DNA of 63,988 bases, counting the filler, from Streblomastix strix (lineage: Eukaryota), in NCBI GenBank assembly GCA_008636045.1. It is 4 parts of 4 records of this genome, joined end to end, with 100 filler letters (N's around TTAATTAATTAA, not from the genome) between each part and the next. Parts side by side here need not be neighbours in the genome. Positions count along the whole stretch, not along the records: positions 16,277 to 32,450 come from SNRW01000863.1; positions 32,551 to 48,721 come from SNRW01000864.1; 2 more parts are not named here. One strand, 5' to 3'. The notes under the pieces were generated by a model that worked only from the letters and a program-made list of their open reading frames with translations, made no database searches and was not told the origin of the DNA. This document shows, piece after piece, positions 27,101-39,500 of this stretch. Position 1 is the first letter of the stretch; the number at the start of each line of letters is the position of its first letter. The position numbers and the translations under genes are program-made.

Positions 27101-30100
27101 CTAAAATTTAATATATGGGATCAACAATTCAAGCTAAATAGACAATAATATCACATTAAGATTTCGTTATTGACTTGAGATTTATTGACATATTATCATT
27201 CATTCCACCAAACAACACATTAAAGTAGTTCATTGAGAAATTCAGAACAAAAGATATAAAATTAGCAAAGGGTATATTTCCACATGGATCATTCAATTAT
27301 TATAACTATAAATAAGTACTAGGATAAACGGTTTCATTCACAAAGGAAGATTTCTATGATAAACTTAACAATAGAAACATTAGTAATGAAGATTATGAAC
27401 AGTATATAAATGATTAAATCAATTAACATGTAGATGGGAGTATCTAAAGCATTATAATATTAGAGACGTCACCTGTATGATTAACCTAATCAATCATCTA
27501 ATTCAAATTACGTGGTAAGAGAAAGTTGATATGTTAAGATGTATGTTATTTGCTTAAATTGCTAATAAAATTAAGTATAAATACTGTTTTGGAAAGTTTG
27601 ATATCAATGCAAGTTATAATATTGTTAATAGTTTTGAATAGTTTGAAATTACTTAATACTGGTGGAATAACAAAGTTCGGGGATATGTCTATTAAGATGA
27701 ATATGCAAGAAGAAATACTACCAATAACGTTACAGAAGATGATATTGATTTGATTAGAGATAAAGTAGCTATTGAAACATGTCATCTATGCCACTACAAA
27801 TTCATCAAAAAAAACCAACATTAGACAGAATAGATAATTCAGTTGGTCATACATAATAGAATTGTTAACTAGCTTGTTAAATATGTAATACCGTTAAGGC
27901 TGACAAAGATAATGATATTAATAAATTTAAGACATAATTATTGAAATATGCAATTCATGAACATCTACCTATGACAATTAACAATGAATTTATATATAAT
28001 ATGTTAAAGGAATGTATGTAAGGTGGTTTGTATAGTGTATATGAGGGTTTCCGATCAGTACCAACCACCCTGTTTTTATATTGAAAAAATATAATATGAT
28101 TTAAGACAAACAAAAGCTGGAGTCGTAAAATCTTCAGAAATGCATCGTAGCGAATTTGCGCAAAAAAAATTTTTTGGTTCGTGTGCCATCGGCAGTTTAC
28201 ATTTGTTAATGAATTTTATTTTATTTAATTTATTTAAATTTAATATTTAATATTACTAATATTTGTGATATTTTTAGGCACTGAAGCAAGCGAAAAAGAA
28301 AATTATCTTTATTTTTTATTTTTCACATCATCCAATGCTTAATTTTAGTTTTTTATGACAATTTATGTAAATAAACAATAAAATACAAATTACAAAATTC
28401 GAATATTATATTTATTTCAACAAAAGTGCAAATGTGCAAAAATGAAAAAATTGAAATCGCGAATTTGCGTCATGTAGCTTAAAAATTATCAATATTATTA
28501 TACAAAATTTAATTAAAAAACAAAAAACATCAAATTAAATATTTATTAATAAAAATAATTATATGAATGTTTCAAAAAATGGAAAATATAAAAAAAAAAG
28601 TATTTTTCTCCATCGCTGGTGCCTAAAATTATCGCAAATATTAATAATATTTAATAAATATTTTTTATAAAATAAATTAAATAAAATTCAAGAGCATATA
28701 CAACCTGCCGCTGGCTAGCGAACCAAAAAAAATTTTTCGCGCAACTCCGTCATGGTGGATTTTTAAACATTTTACATCTCCAACTTTTTTTAATTTTAAA
28801 TCATGTTACACTATTTTTAAAAAAAATTGGGATGGTTGTTTGTGATCGGATACTCCCATATCATTAACGTAATTTGAATGGAATCACACATATTAATAAA
28901 CTTAGATTTAATTATGTAACTAAAACAATAACGTCATATAGTACATAACATATAATTACTCCCATTTTTAACTTAGATTTCAACTTTCTCTATCCAAGTG
29001 TATTTAGTGGAATCTTCAACAAAAATAACCCATATACAAATCATCGAATATATCAAGCAAGTGGAGTAACTAGTTATATCAAATGTACGTATAATAATTC
29101 AAAATAGAAAGCTCGTGATGTAATTATGAGTGCAGGTAGATTTAATGATAAAGGATAGCTATTCTGTGTTCGTATTAAAGAGCATATTGATGAAAAACAT
29201 ATTAACTCACACATAAATTTAGCACCAATATGGAGAAAATTGACATATAATAATTCAATTGAATAGATTGGAGAATTTATATATAATAAGGTGAGTGCAT
29301 AGGGATTAACTGTTGACAAATCAATTACAAAATTAGCATCATTGCTATCAACACACAATCAATTCATGTGCTTCACTAGCTATATTTTATGGTTTTTGAT
29401 TGACTATTGTAACTTTATTATTGATTATATTGATTCAATTACCCTATTCGATAAATACATAGGATTTGAATCATTTGCATATACAATGATGAGCAAGAGA
29501 TAGGATGCAATTAGCTAACACAATGACACGAAATCACTATACTACAAGTAAATTCTAAATAGTACTTTCGAAGCAGAAGGATAAAATAATGCTTGGTATG
29601 ATAAGATATCCTCTAACAATGCTAAACATGCATCACTCAAATAATTGAAATAAGACCATAAAACAACAAGAAAAATAAGTGATGATACATGCAATTCTGA
29701 TGATGAGGTTATTGAAGAAGCATAATATATGGTTTGTGAATCATCTAGTCAATTTAAACGTAATAAGCCTCTTCAAGAAGCTGTATTTACACTAGATAAT
29801 AGCAAATTCCGGTATCTAAATTTTGTATATAACTTCCTCTATTAATGTATTAATATGAATAAGGTTAATTTCTGTAATATGGATACCGACTCAATATATT
29901 TAGCTATTGCATGATCATAAATTGAAGGTTATAAATAATGATTGAAGTATCTAATTAAAGACTAGGAGATCTATGACTAACACTATAAAAAGATAGGTTA
30001 CCTTGGCATAATTGTGCAGTTGCTTAAGAGAAGAAATTAATGGGGATTACAACTGAATCATAAGGTGAAAATATCGTCTGTCATGCACTTAAGTGTTATT

Positions 30101-30426
30101 GTCTATACAACTGAAATGAATAAAATGATGACATAGTATCATTGGTGAATAGGATGAAAGGAGTTAGTGAAAAGAAGTCTAATCTAACAACTAATGACTA
30201 TATTAAATGCTTTAATGATAGGTGTAATATCAATGTAACAACAAATAATTTATAGATGAAAATGGGGGTAATGTCAATGATTAGTACTGAAAAATCAGTG
30301 CTCACAGGAATTCATAATAAAATGGTTGTGATATCTAACTGATGATGTGCTTCATTAATGTATGGAATTAATGCAGATCGTTACTTAATTGATAACGTTT
30401 TGCATTCTGACTCTTTGAGTAAATGA
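24189..30426 (+). pseudogene. Protein-primed family-B DNA polymerase (pPolB) with N-terminal extension, OTU-like region and HNH insert; disrupted
   Basis: Exo II VIGFNSKIDMNLL (~27037), KGIFPHGSF, Exo III YLKHYNIRDV (~27441), GGLYSVYH, motif A DFNFLYPS (28976), motif B KQILNSTF (29546), motif C DTDS (29882), LKCY, MKGV. Several TGA stops, frameshifts and a MITE insertion. The 5' start is uncertain. Confidence 0.92.
28042..28858. mobile_element. 817-bp fold-back MITE (Tc1/mariner-type) inserted in the pPolB gene
   Basis: TA duplication at 28040-41 and 28859-60; termini TGAGGGTTTCCGATCA and TGATCGGATACTCCCA; arms remain complementary for ~270 bp; removing it restores the frame GGLYSVY-HQRNLNGITHINK. 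Confidence 0.9.
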
Positions 30427-30444
30427 TGATATTGTTATTTTTGA

Positions 30445-30707
30445 TGATGAATGTGTTCATTTATGTCATAGGGTTTATGGGTATAAATAGTGTCAATAAA
30501 GTAGAAGTCAGTGGTAAAAAATATACATCTTATTGATGAAATTTTCACCAGCCGTGAGAATATCGGGTTTTGTTGGTATAGTGATTTGGCGCGGAGATTA
30601 TGATTATAATTATCATGGCTAAATTATGCCTTAGTATTGATAGTGATTTGGTGTGGAGATTATGGGTACAAATAGCGCAGCAGAATTAAAGCCCTGTGGT
30701 GTAGCTT
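30445..30707 (-). repeat. Right terminal inverted repeat of pPolB element
   Basis: ...GGGTACAAATAGCGCAGCAGAATTAAAGCCCTGTGGTGTAGCTT, reverse complement of the left TIR. Confidence 0.93.
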
Positions 30708-31818
30708 ATATATATAATTAATATTATATTTGTTATGGAGACGGAACAGTTTACTGTTTTACATAAACAAGAGAGTTATGTGATGCAGCTTCTAGAACCA
30801 TGTTCAGTTAGATCTGAACATTTTTTGGAGCTTTTTCTTTGACTTGCTTAGTCAAATAAATTACATCAGATTAAACTTCTTTCAGACGATAGATTTCCTT
30901 TTCTTTTTCTGCTGATAATTCCAATGGGAAAAAAAAGTCGCTTTTTGAAAAAATGTGCATATTTACCATTTCAAAAAACGCGAAATACACAATTAGAGTG
31001 CAACAGTTAAAATGATCTAGATATTTAATGGATTGCAGCTTAAATTAAGTAACTTAAAAATATTAAAATATTAAATTGTACCTGGATCTGGAGAAAAAAT
31101 TAGTGATTTTTTTAGCAAATCTAATTGTTTAAAAGTCCTCAATTTTCTGGATAACAATATGAATTCCATGCAAATAAAAGAATAACTTTACTATTCGACT
31201 TTAATATTATAAGGAGCGAAGTTGGAACAAAAATTTAGAAAAAAACGCCCGATTTTTAAAAGTACAAATAAATTATTATATTTGTGTTTATTAGCTGTAA
31301 AAAGCAATATTAATTATTGAAATGAATTATAAAATGTTTTGAAAACTTGGATTAACAAATACACAATTTTGTTAGTGTAAGCCAAATTTGTTGATGAATA
31401 AAAATTATAAATATATAATTTTATAGTAAAAAAAAATAGTAAATGTGTTTTTAAAATAATCAAGGTTTAAATAGTATTTGGTTAAATGCATAAGGCAGAA
31501 AAAGGCGATTTATTCACAAAATTTCTCTCGATGATTCTGTTGTGCCTCGGTTTAAATTGTTAGCTATTGTAATGAAATTTGATTTAAATATACATATTAA
31601 TGAAAATAATAATGTTTGTTATGCAGATTATTGTTTAGCTAATAGTAAAACTATACGTTAAAATCGAGCCTTTGGAAATTATTATCATTCTTATCCTAAA
31701 GTGTCACGTCACTCATCCAAATTCAGTTATTTTACATTTTTCACTGACACTAATGCAATTACTTAAAAATTGTCAATAAATTCTTTAAACCTGAATTTTT
31801 ATGCAACAAAATAAAAAT

Positions 31819-31920
31819 GTTCGATATCTCAATAACTTTCAAATTAACGTCCATAAAACAGTTCAAAAACCTACTAGTCATAGATTATAGAACATTAATT
31901 TATTAAAATCCAAAAAATGA
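31819..31920 (+). repeat. Dispersed non-coding repeat, copy 2
   Basis: GATATCTCAATAACTTTCAAATTAACGTCCATAAA...TTATTAAAATCCAAAAA, similar to 684-785. Confidence 0.6.
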
Positions 31921-32450
31921 GAATTACACATTGTCAATTTTTCCAATCTAGCAGCATTGTCCAAATATTCGTTGAAGCCACATTTTTGATAGAAATAGGT
32001 TCGATTGGGCAGATTTGAGTTATCATATGCCTCATGTACTGTGACCTAATACGCATCTTCTCCAACTACTTCCTACTTACTACTACCCCTACTCGTGGAG
32101 AAAATGAATTTTTAATAAAAATGGTCAAAAATCATTTGAAAATAATTTAATCAATTTTAACTTTAATTATTATAATTTTGTTAATAATAATTTAATTAAT
32201 AAAAAACATTGCTTAAACCTAAAAATTATATCTTTGTTAAAAAGAAAAATAAATTGAACTTTGGAGTATAAAACTGTCCGCTGCATTTTCTTAGCTATGC
32301 GTATGTATTTTTATTTAATATTGCAATTTAAGAATCTACATTAGTCATAATTATTATTTCCCAAATATAAACAAGAATGATTATAAAACAATAGCGTGGC
32401 AGATATTTTTACACATTTTCCAATTTTCTCATTGATCTGATCATAAGATC

Positions 32451-32550
32451 NNNNNNNNNNNNNNNNNNNNNNNNNNNNNNNNNNNNNNNNNNNNTTAATT
32501 AATTAANNNNNNNNNNNNNNNNNNNNNNNNNNNNNNNNNNNNNNNNNNNN
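32451..32550. other. Artificial contig linker
   Basis: 44 N + TTAATTAATTAA + 44 N. Confidence 0.97.
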
Positions 32551-32985
32551 TCAACCATTAATTTGGTTTAGAAGATCAGTTAGAATCAACATTCAAATTA
32601 ATAATGGTGCTGCAATTCATCAAATCTATTTTTATTTTGGATTTAATGTAATTTATTTCATTTTTGAAATTGAAAATATCTGTTATTTCGTTCTTGGTTA
32701 AGTGATATTTAAATAATTAATCTCACTTTCCTATTTACCATTCATTTCAATAATTATATTAATAGTTAAAAGTAATTTAAATAAAAATTAGATGAATTTC
32801 ATAATTATATTAATAAATTAATTTAAACATTTTATATGCTTCTTCAATTCAATATTAAATAATAATCTTCCATTCTTTGGTTATCTTGCCAGTTGTGACT
32901 CTCTCTTTACTTTCAACCAATAAAAAATTGCTTCTCTTTCATAACCAATTCCATCTTCTGCAATCATTTGATCAATCATTATCTA
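32551..32985 (-). pseudogene. U-box domain gene fragment, copy A (runs off the contig edge)
   Basis: IMIDQMIAEDGIGYEREAIFYWLKVKRESQLARQPKNGRLLFNIELKKHI resembles the U-box pattern (M.DPV...DG.tYER.AI..WL...SP.TR.P....L.PN..LK), with conserved prolines lost. Confidence 0.7.
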
Positions 32986-33551
32986 TTATTTGTTAAGAGA
33001 AAAAATAATATTGTTAAAATGCATTATATTTTAATAAAAAAAATTTTTTAATTTATAAAAATTTGAATAGTTTAAATAATAATTAGACAAAACATAAATT
33101 ATACCATCAAAATTTTAAAAACTCATACTAATTATGACTGTAGCTAAAAATTTCAATTTTTTTTTCTCCTCTATTGGGGCCTCCAATAAAATTTTTCGAG
33201 GTTTTTCGCCGTTATTACTCAGCAAAAATGCTTAATTAGATAAAATTTTGATTATATCTTATATTTTACTATTGAATTTATTATTTTAGTTATTAACAAA
33301 TATAATGAAATGATATAAACTCAGATTTTATTTATTTTATTTTTCCTCCTTTTATTTTTTTACAATTTTCTCTTAAATCAATTAATTTTGAATTTATTCT
33401 GTATTTTGCATTTTTTAAAATATGAATAAAAAAGAAAATATTCTTATACAATCACAATTTTTTATTTTTTATTTATAATTGAACTAACTTCAATTCCTTT
33501 ACAAACTTTGCACAAACATTTTTTATTTACTTATATTTATTATTATTCAGC

Positions 33552-36500
33552 ATGGCTGACAAACTTGTTAAAGCTACACAAACACTTCAAGAAGCGCTCG
33601 ACTCACAGGTCGAGGTTGAGATAAAAATTGCATGGACGTAGCTTACCAAAACACCAGGTTTCGCGCCACATATCATAAAGTTCAAGAACGAAACCGATGA
33701 CATTGCTTATAAAGTAATATCTATCTTATAGTATGCATTTTAATTATTTTTTTTATTAATAAAAATTTTCTGATAATTTCTCCTTTTATTATATAGGAAT
33801 TCCAAAGATGTAGAGCTTCTTAATATAATGTGCAACGTTTCAATATCACTTCTCGAGGATCCGCGTATTACATATTAAAATATGACTATATACCAAGAGA
33901 AAGGAGGTTTAGAAGCAGCTCATCGTGTTCTTTTCTTCGCTGCGAACTCAACCGACCTCATCTGCAATATTGTAGATGTTCTATATTGCATTCTTACATC
34001 TGAAAAAGCAGTTGATGACTTTGTGACTATTGGTGGGGCTGTAGCTATTGGCCACGCACTGCAAACTTGCATTGATTAAGATGCAACATATTCATATTTC
34101 GTTCAATAAAACACCGCTCAATACAAAACAGGAGGAAAATAGAAAGAAAATGGAGTATTTAAACTAATTAATTGTCTTTATCAAATCATAGAAAAATGTA
34201 TGATAAAAATATTTCACATTTCTGATGATATTTTATTAAATTTTTTATTTTAATTATTTATTCATAATTATTTATATATTATTCATTCATTCTTTTTATA
34301 TAATTCATTTTTACCAGCTGATACATCCAACAAGACCATCGCAACTTCTCCGAATCTTCTGGAGCTGCTCATGAAAGTCGCCAAGCAGATAATCGACATC
34401 CAGACGACATATTACGACAAGAATCGCGAATTTGACATCAAAGGACCAAAAGGATCTTCTCCTTAATAGAGAGCTAGGCCTAGAAAGTAAAGTAAAGAGA
34501 GGAGCGATGGTGCTGTTTTCTAGACAGATAATGATGAGTTCATACACACGATACTGCTGATACTAGATAATATAAGCACGTAAGGTTTGCGATATTTATT
34601 ATTGTGTTGGTATATATTTATTTACTAATTTATTTTTTTATTTTACTAATTTTTATTTTTTTCCCCCTCAATTATATTTAACAGCTTCACTTCGATCCAA
34701 TGTCATCACATCTGGAGTCTTCAAACTCATTTCTCTAGTTCAGACACAAGTGAAAGGTCTTCAATCTCAGCAGTCCAGAATCTCGAATGTTAGTTCCAAG
34801 TAATTAGCTATTCCACCACTGTCATCATAATAATCATAACAGTAACTGCAATCATAAACTCAGTATTCAATATCTAATTACTCTCCACTTGTCTGTGTTC
34901 TAGATCTTGCACAGGACTTTTGCGATGTTCTGACGCACTTGGCATAGAGCAGTATGATATATTAATTATATGAATGAGTAATTATTTAAATAGTTAATTA
35001 TTTAAATAGTTAATTATTTGAATAATTAATTATTTGAATAAATGAAAAATTATTTATATTCTTATTCATATACATTTATCAGGTGACTCACTCCCAGCAC
35101 TTTCCACCAATGAATGCATCTCATACTTAACAGCAATGCTTTAGAAATTTGGAATTGAGAAGAAAGAAAAAGATGCCGAAAGAGAAAAAGAAATAGAAAA
35201 AGAAGAAAGTATTGTGTTCAAAACATGCAATTTGCTGATATTTCTGAGCGAAGAAGGTATTATATATAATAAATTAGATTGAATTCATTTAAATTGAAAA
35301 TTAATTATTTATATTTTTACATTTTATATATTATTTCTTATTAATTCCAGATTCAATGGCCGATCGCATCTCCAAAACCAAGCTCCCAAACTATCTGTGC
35401 AAGACAATCGTCAATGTAATTAACACACCTGCACAGACAGACAACCAGACCGATTCAAACTAAGATGCGACATCCAATACATCCACACCAAGAAATGCTC
35501 CACATCTAGGATAAATGAAGCTTCAATCTTCATCAACAGCTACTGGTGCACTGAATATGTCATTATCACTCCCATTTACTGAGTTGGCGCCAAGATATGG
35601 GTTATAAGCACTGGCTTTGATTTCTACGCAACCTGAGAGAAGAGATAAATTGATTCAGGCTCAAGCATTGAAAATGTGCTAAATTATTTTGTAGAGATTC
35701 GTTGATTAAAACGGACTTAAAAATGAAGTCAAAAATTAGCCTGAATAGAAAAGCACTCGGATTGAAACAAGCTAAATAAACTGGAAGCTTAAAATAGATG
35801 AAGATGAAAATGTTGATTATTCCGCTGAGTAGAAAGATCAAGATCCAAACAAGATAAATTAAGGAAACTAAGATTTAAGAGAAAGTCTGAAGTAATAATA
35901 ATAGAAAGAGAAAGCTAAAGTTCAAAAAGTTCCTATTAGTTTGGTGACTGTTGAGAAAACAATATCTTTGCTGTTTTTGCTGTCGATCGATGGTATGTTT
36001 TTATATAATAAAATAAATAAGAATTAAAATTTATTTTTACAATTATTTATATAATTATTATTTAAAATCTATTAATATATTTTGATTTTATTAAATTATA
36101 AATTTTCTTTCTTCAAATAAACCATACAAAACGTCAGAAAACTCCCGTCAGAAGATTGTTGATACAAAGCTCATAGAATTAGTGACCTTCATCTTAATAT
36201 ACGACTATCCGCTCATTAAATAACAGGAAATGCAATAACGGCATGAACTCCAAAGTGCAGGATCTACACCTCGTATTATGTCTCGAAATTCATCTTCATT
36301 CATTCAATTCACCAAAGGATTATTCAGCGAAGTGCTTGTTAAATCCGTATAGTTGAAGTCTGCACTATTCTTAAGGAGCATGGCTTCACATATTGCAGCG
36401 AGGAGAATCTTCACAACTGGGATCAAGTATAAGAAGAACGAAAAATAAATCCAAAACCAGAATACTGATGAATCTAAGAAAGATGAAGGAAAAGAATAGG

Positions 36501-39500
36501 AAAATGATCCAAACAGTTCCACTATAAGTTTGTAGAGTAAGAAGAAGATTCCAGTTGGTAGCAACACACCTGCGCATAAACTGATCAATTTCCTGCTTAG
36601 ACCCAACGAATGCATCAAGTTTCTAATTGAATACGAAAAGATTGAAAAACAAAAAGATGCAGAAGAACAAGAAAAAATGAAAGAAAAAGGAATCAAGGTG
36701 GCCAAAATAAGCAAAGCTCGTCTTTCATTTGGCAGAAAGATCCTTACAAGTGGATCTCTACTTTTCATTGAACAGACGATCTTCATCATTTTCAGTGGAC
36801 TTACCAGTGACAGTTTTGGGCAGTAATCTTCGCATCTCTTAGTTCCTCCCTCTCCTTCATATAGAAGAGGAATTCCAGACTCAGCTAATCAATCAGGCTC
36901 TATGACACCAATAAATGCACTATCAAGCTAACGAAGGTAATCATCAATGGGGAAATAACAGTAACTTTAATAGCCACAATTGAAAGATGATAAAGAAACA
37001 ATTGATTCTAAGAATAATAAAGTGAAAAAATCAGGTTTGCTTGATCCTTAAGGATCAAGATCGTAGATGGGTGTTAGTAACAAGAATTCATCTGGAACTC
37101 TAGTAGATACTAAGAAATTTGAATTGAAAACAGAAACAGAAATTGAACTGGATGACAAATTCGCAGAAATTCCAATACTGGAAACTATAGTGAATGAACT
37201 TATGAACACAAGAGTATAATAATACTAGGAAAAAGATGATCAATTCAACAAAGCTGCTGGAAACATCGGGCAAATGAAGTCTCCAAATCAGCCGAATCCA
37301 TTTTCGCCAAAAGAAAGGACACCTTTATCGCTCGCATTATCCAGATAAAATTCACAGACCCAGTTTGTTAAACAAAGTTTGCTCTCATCTGAGTTTAGAT
37401 TGGAAAAAATAAACCCACTGCTATAAAATCAGATAATCAGAACTATGGGATCTGAAGAATTAGTATAATTGTTTATCAGCTATCTGAACGACTATGTGGC
37501 ACCTGATGATATTAAAGATAAAGAAAAAGATGCAAAAGATCCAAAAGGGAAGAATATTAGGCACAGCAAGAAGGAGAGTAAAGTGAATTAATAGAAGTAA
37601 TAACAGTTGAAACAACAATAACAGAAGATTATTGAAGGTCACATCATTTCGCTGTATTCTGTTCTTACATGGATTTTGAACCTGTCGAAAAATTCACAGT
37701 TTGCAAAAGTGCTGACAGATAAGGGATTAATTAAAATAATAAAGAAATTAATACAGCAATTTGATGAAGAAATTTACCTAGTTGAACAAAGTGAAAAGTA
37801 ATTACGCCAGTTAGAAAGTGTCAATAAAGAAGATGAGATTAAAAAGAAAGAAATGAAAAAATTACAATAATAGGAACAGGAAAATGAAGAAGAAGAAAAT
37901 TAAACCGAAAATCAAAATGAAGGAAATGATGATAAAAATAAGGAATTATAAAAAGAAATTGATGATTCTAAAAAATCAAAAGATAAATTAGAAAATAAGA
38001 TAAACTCATTACGTGTAGCAAAAAAACTTGCCAACGAAAGGGAGATTTTACTGAAGAAGAAAGTTGATCTTCTGAAGACACATCGCTGTTTATGCGAGAT
38101 AATTCACAGTATGCTTTCACATCCGCAGATTGTACTGAACTTAAGATCGCATACAGTTAATATAGATAACATAAACAGCCAAAGCATAACAAATGCACCA
38201 AATCAGACAATAAAATAGAGCCAGTTGGGAACAGATATTGATTTTTTGAAGTTGATGGCTACCGTTCCGAATGATCTGAAAGACATTTTGAACTTCATGA
38301 TTGCAACAGAATAGAAGGTGTTTGAGAGAGTAAAAAGATTGATTGTTGAAAACAAAGAAAGAACTGAAAATCCTTAATTTGCAGAAGAGGAATAAGAGTA
38401 GTAATAATAATAACAATAACCATAAGAACAAAGTCCATCAGAACAAAACGAATACAACAAAAAATTAGCCAAAGTTACCAAGCATTTTATCACCTACCGC
38501 AAAAGCCAGCAATTACGAGTCGAAAAAGCAGATCAGCTTTTCATCTTCACAGATCTTCACACAATCCAATCAATCCTGCACACAGTCTCACTTATAGTGA
38601 AAGAAGTTGGCGATTAGGATGTTCTTGAGGAAGAGATGAAGGAAAGAGAAGAAGCTGGGGAAGAAGAAAGCGAAGAAGAAGAGGAAGAAGAAGATTTGCT
38701 TGATGATGACACTAATTAACCCAGACATAAGAAATAGAACTCGAAATTCAAGTTAATTCCGACTTTTTAGGATTAGTTTGAGAATGCTGGGAAGACTGGA
38801 GATTTGGGTGATTAGAATAAAGGGTTCAAGAAAGATACTTCATAGACTGCACTCTAGAAACTTCAGAATGAAAGAAAGAAGAACACTTAATAAGAGAGGA
38901 ATGATATAATATATAACATTAGGACAAACACATTAACAGTTATTTGCTCCATTGATTCAATCCGTTAGGAAGTTGCAACGAACCAAAATTTGATTGGAAT
39001 TTTGCTGAAGTTTATTGAAGATAAGCAAATTCTGCAACAATTGAATTTTGTTTCAAAAGTGAAAATAATTAAATCTCTGAGTGATATTGATGAGAATAAT
39101 CCCTAGTAAAGCAACAACGATTTTGATTTCCCTGAACAAGGCGCTGATGAGGATGAGTAGATCCAATTCAATCTATAATCCACTTTCGTTGGTCCATCAC
39201 GTTTTCTTTTCTTCCGCTCAGTATAGGAACTATTCCGCATTTTGACACAAATCGCACTTTCACTGCCAACACCTCAATATGCATTAGACACACAACCGTC
39301 ATTTGAAGAGAGAGTCGAAGAAGCGTTTTTGGATGAAAATGAGAGAAAAAGGCGTGAAAAGGAGAGACTAGAGAAAATGAAAGAGAAATCAAAAGGTAAA
39401 GGGAGGTAATCTGTGAGAGATAAATATAAAAAAGAAAGAAAACAGCTTCGAGATCAGAAAAACGCTGAAGATGGAGAAGGAACGATTCTTGAAGAAACAC

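Larger units (their letters stand above)
23531..30707 (+). mobile_element. Polinton/linear-plasmid-like element bounded by long TIRs, encoding only a protein-primed PolB
   Basis: ~265-bp imperfect TIRs at both ends, flanked by (AT)n; interior occupied by one decayed pPolB reading frame plus a nested MITE. Confidence 0.88.

Noticed and set aside
29905..30350. Several in-frame TGA codons in the pPolB C-terminus as possible stop-codon recoding
   Set aside because: The same gene has frameshifts, a MITE insertion and degraded motifs (FE for FG, NFLYP for NSLYP), so ordinary decay explains them.
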